Position numbers and translations under genes: made by a program. Below the pieces are notes generated by a model, which saw nothing but the letters and a program-made list of their open reading frames with translations, did no database searches and was not told the origin of the DNA. From an uncultured bacterium (GTDB lineage Bacteria > Schekmanbacteria > GWA2-38-11 > J061): a stretch of DNA of 12,836 nt. The stretch spans positions 1 to 12,836 of the forward strand of contig CAZJVM010000068.1 of assembly GCA_964549305.1 (NCBI GenBank), read 5' to 3'. Each line of letters opens with the position of its first letter. Position 1 is the first letter of the stretch. This document shows, one piece after another, positions 7,399 to 12,836 of the stretch.

Positions 7399-8766
7399 AT
7401 GGAATCTATGACACCTAAAGAAATAGTTGAATCGCTTGATAAATTTATCGTTGGACAGAATGAAGCAAAAAGAGCGGTTGCTATCGCTATGCGTAATCGG
7501 TGGAGAAGACAGCAGTTGCCTGCTGACCTTCGCGATGAAGTAGCGCCCAAAAATATAATAATGATAGGCCCTACGGGTGTGGGGAAAACGGAAATCGCCC
7601 GCCGACTATCGAAGCTTGCCGACGCGCCTTTTATAAAGGTGGAAGCGTCAAAGTTTACGGAAGTCGGTTATGTAGGGCGCGATGTGGAATCGATGATACG
7701 CGACCTTATGGAAATTGCCATTAAAATGGTGCATGACAGCGAAGAAAAGAAGGTTTTGGAAAAAGCAAAAAAGGTTGCCGAGGAGAGACTGCTTGACCTT
7801 CTTCTTCCCCCTTTGAAAAAGAGAGATATGCCGGCTATCGAAGGCGAGACTGATGATAAAGACAAGACTCAAAAAAGTTTTCAGGCAACAAGGGAGAAGT
7901 TCAGGAAACTTTTGGAAGAGGGGAAGCTCGAAGAAAGGGATGTGGAACTTGACATAGCGGAGAAGGGAATTCCTTCGATGATAGAAGTGATATCGAGCAC
8001 AGGCGGTTTCGAAGAGATTGACTTTAATATAAAGGATATGATGGGCGGTCTTTTTCCAAAAAAGAATAAAAGAAAAAAAATGAAGATTAAAGACGCGCGC
8101 AAAATTCTCATTCAGGAAGAATCGCAAAAGCTTATCGATATGGATAAGGTGCGTTCAATGGCAAAGGATAAAACAGAGCAGTCGGGAATTATTTTTTTAG
8201 ATGAAATTGATAAAATATCGGGAAGAGAAACGGGAAAAGGACCTGACGTTTCACGCGAAGGCGTGCAGCGAGACCTTCTTCCAATTGTGGAAGGGACGAG
8301 TGTAGCGACAAAATACGGACTTCTTCGCACAGACCATATTCTCTTTATAGCCGCGGGGGCATTTCATGTTTCGAAACCTTCCGACCTTATTCCGGAAATG
8401 CAAGGGCGGTTTCCCATCAGAGTTAACCTTAATTCTTTGAGCAGTGACGATTTTGTCAAGATATTGACCGAACCCAGGAATGCGCTCATACGACAATACA
8501 TTGCCCTTATGGAAACGGAAGGGGTAAAAATAGCATTTGATAACAATGCAGTTAAATGTATCGCGGAAATTGCTTCGGTAGTAAATGAAAAAACGGAAAA
8601 TATCGGAGCAAGGCGCCTTCATACCGTAATGGAAAAACTGCTCGACGAGATATCCTTCAACGCGCCCGTCATAACAAAAAAAACAATCAAGATTACCGAA
8701 AAATATGTAAAAGAGCGGCTCGGCGAAACGGTTAAAGACGAAGATTTGAGCAGGTATATCCTTTAA
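7399..8766 (+). CDS. hslU: ATP-dependent protease ATPase subunit HslU (ClpY)
   Basis: MTPKEIV; Walker A GPTGVGKT; pore motif GYVG; Walker [19 protein letters not shown]-terminal DLSRYIL. The start may be 7381, 7393 or 7399 (AGGGA lies 8 nt before 7399). Confidence 0.98.
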   Translation: MESMTPKEIVESLDKFIVGQNEAKRAVAIAMRNRWRRQQLPADLRDEVAPKNIIMIGPTGVGKTEIARRLSKLADAPFIKVEASKFTEVGYVGRDVESMIRDLMEIAIKMVHDSEEKKVLEKAKKVAEERLLDLLLPPLKKRDMPAIEGETDDKDKTQKSFQATREKFRKLLEEGKLEERDVELDIAEKGIPSMIEVISSTGGFEEIDFNIKDMMGGLFPKKNKRKKMKIKDARKILIQEESQKLIDMDKVRSMAKDKTEQSGIIFLDEIDKISGRETGKGPDVSREGVQRDLLPIVEGTSVATKYGLLRTDHILFIAAGAFHVSKPSDLIPEMQGRFPIRVNLNSLSSDDFVKILTEPRNALIRQYIALMETEGVKIAFDNNAVKCIAEIASVVNEKTENIGARRLHTVMEKLLDEISFNAPVITKKTIKITEKYVKERLGETVKDEDLSRYIL

Positions 8767-9101
8767 TTTATTTTTTTGTCATCCGTTTCCGCAAGCACCC
8801 ATTTAGCGTATTTATCGAGGGAATCGTTTACCGGGATCGCGATTATCTCGGGAGTCTCGTAAGGATGTATTTCGAGGAGTTTTTCCTTTATGGCTTCAAA
8901 GAGAGATGCCCTTGTTTTAATCAGGAGAAGAAATTCCGTTTCTTTGCAAAGTCTGTTCTCCCAGAAATAAACCGACAATACGCCCGGAAAAATGGAAACA
9001 CACGCGGCAAGTTTTTCATTGACGAGAATTTCCGCTATTTCGTTTGCTTTTTCACTTGAATCAAGAGATGAAATAATGAGTGTCAATTTTTCCTTTTTCA
9101 T
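8763..9101 (-). CDS. cutA: Divalent-cation tolerance protein CutA
   Basis: [10 protein letters not shown]...SVYFWE...E.LLLIKT...[12 protein letters not shown]...Y.KW. Start set at the second Met (9101), which follows an AAGG. Confidence 0.95.
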   Translation of the reverse strand: MKKEKLTLIISSLDSSEKANEIAEILVNEKLAACVSIFPGVLSVYFWENRLCKETEFLLLIKTRASLFEAIKEKLLEIHPYETPEIIAIPVNDSLDKYAKWVLAETDDKKIN

Positions 9102-9124
9102 TGGATAGTACCTTAAAGTTTTGC

Positions 9125-9152
9125 TTTGCAATTAGAGTTCAAATCATATAAT
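9125..9152 (+). promoter_or_regulatory. Putative sigma-70 promoter for the sigma factor gene
   Basis: Perfect TATAAT at 9147-9152, with TTTGCA/TTGCAA 16/15 nt upstream, in the divergent cutA-sigma gap. Confidence 0.35.
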
Positions 9153-9194
9153 AATTTTTGTCAAGGCGGACGTTATTATTTACCTCAATAAGCT

Positions 9195-10061
9195 ATGAAA
9201 AGAAAATATTTAAAGAAAATATCCACTCATTTTCGCGTTACTGATGACACATTACAGGCATATCTCAAAAACATTGGAAAGATCAATCTTTTAAAAAGAG
9301 AAGAGGAAATAAAGCTTGCTAATGAAATCAGAAAGGGTGAGGTGGCGTATAAAAAACTTATTGAAGCAAATCTTCGTTTTGTGGTGAATATCGCTTCACG
9401 CTTTAGAGGATGCGGACTAAGTTATTCCGATTTAATCAATGAAGGAAATATCGGGCTTATGCAGGCAGCAAGAAAGTTTGACCCCGAAAAAGGTGTGAAG
9501 TTTGTATCCTATGCCGTATGGTGGATTAAACAGGGTATAATTCAGGCGCTTGCCGAGCAGACAGGCGCTGTGAAGATTCCCGTGAGGCAAATATCGGACT
9601 TGAATAGAATTGGCGAAAAATACGATGAACTCCTTCAGAAATTCGGCAGAGAACCGAAGGTATCGGAACTTGCAAAAGCTCTGCACAGAAAAACCAAAGA
9701 AATAGAATATCTTCTTCAGATATCCCGTACTTCCATTTCTCTGGAAAATCCTTTTTCAGACGATAACAACGCGACTTTCCTTGATTTTCTCGAATCGGAA
9801 AATGCCCAGTCAATCGACGATAAGATTGACAAGAAAAAAATGGAAAAGGAGCTAAATGAGCTTATCGATGAACTTAAACCGAAAGAGGCGGAAATATTGA
9901 GGCGAAGGTTCGGGCTTGGCAACAGAGATGTGGATACACTTGAAAAAATCGGAAAAAGTATGAATCTCTCCCGCGAGAGAATCAGGCAGATAGAAGAAAA
10001 AGCGAAGAAAACCCTCAGAAAAATGGCGAAGAGCAAAGCTCTCAAAGATTACCTGAAATAA
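9195..10061 (+). CDS. RNA polymerase sigma-70 factor, RpoD/RpoS-like, lacking region 1.1 (288 aa)
   Basis: Region 1.2 YLKNIGKINLL.REEE; region 2 LIEANLRFVV...DLINEGNIGLMQAARKFDPEKGVKFVSYAVWWIKQ; region 3 SLENP; region 4 RRRFGL...TLEKIG..MNLSRERIRQIE.KA. Confidence 0.95.
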   Translation: MKRKYLKKISTHFRVTDDTLQAYLKNIGKINLLKREEEIKLANEIRKGEVAYKKLIEANLRFVVNIASRFRGCGLSYSDLINEGNIGLMQAARKFDPEKGVKFVSYAVWWIKQGIIQALAEQTGAVKIPVRQISDLNRIGEKYDELLQKFGREPKVSELAKALHRKTKEIEYLLQISRTSISLENPFSDDNNATFLDFLESENAQSIDDKIDKKKMEKELNELIDELKPKEAEILRRRFGLGNRDVDTLEKIGKSMNLSRERIRQIEEKAKKTLRKMAKSKALKDYLK

Positions 10062-10094
10062 CTTACCTTTCATTATTATCTAAACGGAGATGTT

Positions 10095-11438
10095 GTGCAT
10101 CGAAAAATCAATGAACTTATAATGGTTCTCAGGGAAGACGAGCGTATTTTGTCTCTTGGTCGAATCTGCGGAGATTCCGGAGTGAAATGCTGGCTTGTAG
10201 GCGGATTTATTAGGGATTGTCTTTTGGGAAGACTGCCCGTAGATATGGATTTTGTCACTTCGGAAGGCGCAGAGGAAGTAAGCAGAAATTACGCGAAAAA
10301 AAACAGAGGCAAATTTATCACTCTTGGTAAAGAGCCAAAGATTAGCTACAGAATTGCCGCAAGAGGAGAGATAATAGATGTTGTAGGCGCTCTCGAGAAA
10401 AATTTAAAGACAGACCTTTCAAAACGGGATTTCACCATAAACGCGGTAGCTTTGGATATAAATTCCTGGCAGGTTTACGACCCCTTCGGAGGAGTTGAGG
10501 ATATTTGCAACGGGATTTTACGGCAAGTCTCCTCTGAGAGTTTCGTGAATGACCCTTTAAGAGTGGTCAGGGGAATACGATACGCCTCTACCGTAGATGA
10601 TTTGAGTATTGAAGAAGATACATATATTCAGATGAAGGTACAGTCGCAGAATATCATAAACTGCGCGTTTGAAAGATTTAACGAAGAAGTGAACAAAATG
10701 TTTAAATCATTTAATCCGGAAAGGGGATTAAAACTAATTATTGAAACTGAACTAATTGATCATATTATAAAAGTTTTGATGAGCGGGAAAATCTTAAAAG
10801 AAGTGTCCCTTGAAAAAAAAGAAGAGATGAAAAGTCGATTCATAAGCAATCAGTGGCGGGAAATCTTATCATCATTAAAAAAAAATGAGTATAAAGATGT
10901 TTTAAATACCTCCGGACTGCAGAAGACTCTTTGGATATCAGCGTTAATGTTTTTATATATGAATATTACCGGCATATCCTCTGTCCGATTAAAGGAATTA
11001 TTGGTGTTTATGCGGTTTTCCGGAAAAGACGTCAAAAGAATTTATGCAGTGTTGTGCGGTGTTCGCGATATTTTCGAAATGGCATCCCGAAAATGTGAGA
11101 ATGATGAACTGAAAATATATATGGGGCGAAAAGGAAGTGACTTTGTAATTATGCAGGCATTGTATGAAGGATTTTCACAAACCGGAGGTACAGAAGACGG
11201 GAAACAGTCGAAAATATTTTGCGGCAGAATGGCAAAACTATTTTCAGATAACCGTGAAGCCCTTTTGTTTTCCGCGCAGATTATTACGGGTGATGATGTA
11301 AAAAAAATAATCGCCTTGAAGGACGGGGGAAGGGAGATAGGAGTTATCCTTGACAAAGTTCGTGATATGCAGTTTGCGGGAAAGATTTCGTCTCGGGAAG
11401 ACGCACTCGAATATGTGAGAAATTATAAAATCAGTTAG
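10095..11438 (+). CDS. Class II tRNA nucleotidyltransferase / poly(A) polymerase family protein, probably CC-adding type
   Basis: Motif A LVGGFIRDCLLG...DMDF; motif B KRDFTINAVA; DPFGG..D; DPLRVVRGIR; ER..EE; C-terminal ITGDDV...G.EIG.IL...Q..G.I.SREDAL. GTG start with GGAG at 10086-10089. Confidence 0.9.
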   Translation: MHRKINELIMVLREDERILSLGRICGDSGVKCWLVGGFIRDCLLGRLPVDMDFVTSEGAEEVSRNYAKKNRGKFITLGKEPKISYRIAARGEIIDVVGALEKNLKTDLSKRDFTINAVALDINSWQVYDPFGGVEDICNGILRQVSSESFVNDPLRVVRGIRYASTVDDLSIEEDTYIQMKVQSQNIINCAFERFNEEVNKMFKSFNPERGLKLIIETELIDHIIKVLMSGKILKEVSLEKKEEMKSRFISNQWREILSSLKKNEYKDVLNTSGLQKTLWISALMFLYMNITGISSVRLKELLVFMRFSGKDVKRIYAVLCGVRDIFEMASRKCENDELKIYMGRKGSDFVIMQALYEGFSQTGGTEDGKQSKIFCGRMAKLFSDNREALLFSAQIITGDDVKKIIALKDGGREIGVILDKVRDMQFAGKISSREDALEYVRNYKIS

Positions 11439-12175
11439 ATGGAATCCATATATCTTCTGAAGTGGTCATAGCCTGATGTATCGATATTCAGGAATTCCAA
11501 TCCGGCCAAATTAACCGAATTCTGTTCATGATTTGAAGTATCGGGAGAGATAATCCTTTTTATAACAGATGAAGCGGAAACCGATGTGCCTGAGAGAATG
11601 AGATTGATTTCTATTTCCTGATTTTCCGAAAACTCATAACAGGAACTTAAAAGAACTCCGGAAAGAGAAATATTTTGAATACTTGCTTCGATTTTTTTAA
11701 CTTCATTCTTCTCCCGTCTTAAAATATGGGCAGGTTCGGAAACAATGAATCTGTCGTGTCTTCTCCGGTCGGATGTTTCGATTCTTGTTATGTGGAGTGG
11801 TTGTCCGATTCCCGAAAGTTTGTTTATCAGTGATTCAAAAAAATCCGCCGTAACGGGTTTGTTTATATATTCAATCGCGCCGAGTCTCGATGCTTTAATA
11901 TAACTTTCTACATCTCCGTAAGCGGTATATATTACAACATCTGTTGATAATTCCTTTTCCTTGATGTGTTTGAGGAGTTTGAGTCCGCCGTATTTTTTTC
12001 CTTTTATGCCCGTAATGAGCATATTGTAGGTTCCCGATTCAATCTTGTCGCGCGCCTTTTCACCGTTGTCGAAATAATCAACCTTGAATCCTTTGCCGGA
12101 AAGATTTTTGGATAGGATATATCCCGCCTTGTCCTCTTCATCTACAATAATTATTTTTTTGTGCGGGTTCTTCAC
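11435..12175 (-). CDS. Atypical (pseudo-)receiver domain plus C-terminal PilZ domain protein
   Basis: Receiver fold (IIIVDEE...MLITGIK...GLKLL...VVIYTAYG...GAIEYINKP) with Gly at the phosphoacceptor position; PilZ motifs RxxxR (RRRHDR) and NxSxxG (NISLSG). The start is either TTG at 12190 or GTG at 12175, the latter preceded by AAGGAAG. Confidence 0.85.
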   Translation of the reverse strand: MKNPHKKIIIVDEEDKAGYILSKNLSGKGFKVDYFDNGEKARDKIESGTYNMLITGIKGKKYGGLKLLKHIKEKELSTDVVIYTAYGDVESYIKASRLGAIEYINKPVTADFFESLINKLSGIGQPLHITRIETSDRRRHDRFIVSEPAHILRREKNEVKKIEASIQNISLSGVLLSSCYEFSENQEIEINLILSGTSVSASSVIKRIISPDTSNHEQNSVNLAGLEFLNIDTSGYDHFRRYMDSI

Positions 12176-12207
12176 TTCAACTTCCTTCAACTCGATTTAT
12201 TTGCGAC

Positions 12208-12245
12208 GTTTATTAATAAACTAAATTGATATTATTTAATGTCAA
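12208..12245 (-). promoter_or_regulatory. Putative sigma-70 promoter with an overlapping 14-bp palindrome upstream of the receiver-PilZ gene
   Basis: Minus strand TTGACA (12245-12240), 16 nt, TAGTTT (12223-12218); perfect palindrome GTTTATTAATAAAC at 12208-12221. Confidence 0.4.
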
Positions 12246-12412
12246 GACAAAAACCTGCCCGTCTTGAATGACATAAATAACGTTTTTCGGAAAAATGCTC
12301 TTTTTTTTGAGAAAATTAATAAAAAAAATATTAATACTTTTAGATATACAGAATCTGTCGCTTTTAGCAAATGAATTTTATTAATATTGCGTTAATAATG
12401 AATTATTCATCG

Positions 12413-12836
12413 CTAATCTGAATCTATTTGCGCTTTTTGAAGTTTTCCGCTGAAATCAATATATATAGTTTTTGTCTCTGTATAAAAATCAATAACAGAC
12501 GTACCTGATTCCCTGTGTCCGTTTCCCGTATTTTTGTATCCGCCGAAGGGGAGGTGGCATTCAGCGCCTATGGTTGGTCCGTTAACATAAACAATTCCCG
12601 ATTCCGCGCGATTGGTTATTTTCAGCGCGTTGTTAATGCTTGCGGTATAAACCGATGATGACAAACCGTATGAAGTGCTGTTGAGAATTTCCGTTGCGTG
12701 GTTTATGTCATTTGCGGGCATTATAAGAGTTACGGGACCGAATATCTCTTCCTGAGCTATTTTCATTTTTTCATTTCCTTCGGCGAATATTGTCGGTTCG
12801 AAGAAAAATCCTTTTTTAAGATTTCCTTTTGCCGCT
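12413..12836 (-). CDS. Aldehyde dehydrogenase family protein, C-terminal part (5' end outside the window)
   Basis: The frame stays open to the right edge (AAKGNLKKGFFFEPTIFAEGNEK-MKIAQEEIFGPV); hallmark EEIFGPV, N.T.YGLSSSVYT and PFGGYKNTGNGHRE. Confidence 0.95.
   Translation of the reverse strand, partial: AAKGNLKKGFFFEPTIFAEGNEKMKIAQEEIFGPVTLIMPANDINHATEILNSTSYGLSSSVYTASINNALKITNRAESGIVYVNGPTIGAECHLPFGGYKNTGNGHRESGTSVIDFYTETKTIYIDFSGKLQKAQIDSD

Noticed and set aside
829..11356. The many 60-159 aa antisense or alternative-frame ORFs in the track (e.g. 7648-8127, 3741-4163, 8251-8622, 4051-4341)
   Set aside because: They lie within or largely overlap well-supported genes, show no recognisable motifs, and have the F/S/I/L-rich composition expected from the reverse complement of A-rich coding DNA.
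12371..12410. AT-only hairpins after the ALDH stop (TTATTAA/TTAATAA, ATGAAT/ATTCAT)
   Set aside because: The stems are almost entirely A/T and expected by chance at this composition; too weak to call a terminator.
12191..12412. c-di-GMP riboswitch upstream of the PilZ gene
   Set aside because: No class I (GGCAAAC...GNRA...GCAAAG) or class II architecture is visible, and the region is too AT-rich.
1..12836. dif site near xerC
   Set aside because: I found no convincing match to the XerD arm TTATGTTAAAT with an 11-6-11 layout, and dif is not expected next to xerC.

Overview
Bacterial chromosomal window, AT-rich in its intergenic regions, with no mobile element, CRISPR array or rRNA/tRNA gene that I can see. 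From left to right it holds: an ECF sigma-70 gene (minus strand, running off the left edge and missing from the ORF track) interrupted by one in-frame TAG at codon 50; a divergent iron-sulfur flavoprotein plus rubrerythrin pair preceded by a good Fur-family box; the conserved topA-trmFO-xerC-hslV-hslU cluster; cutA (minus); a short sigma-70 lacking region 1.1; a tRNA nucleotidyltransferase that looks like a CC-adding enzyme; a pseudo-receiver-PilZ protein (minus); and the 3' end of an aldehyde dehydrogenase (minus). Most of it is housekeeping. The best leads are the amber-interrupted ECF sigma with its divergent redox operon and motif-dense promoter region, the loop-deleted nucleotidyltransferase, and the Asp-less receiver fused to an intact PilZ domain. 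All calls come from reading motifs by eye; no searches were run.
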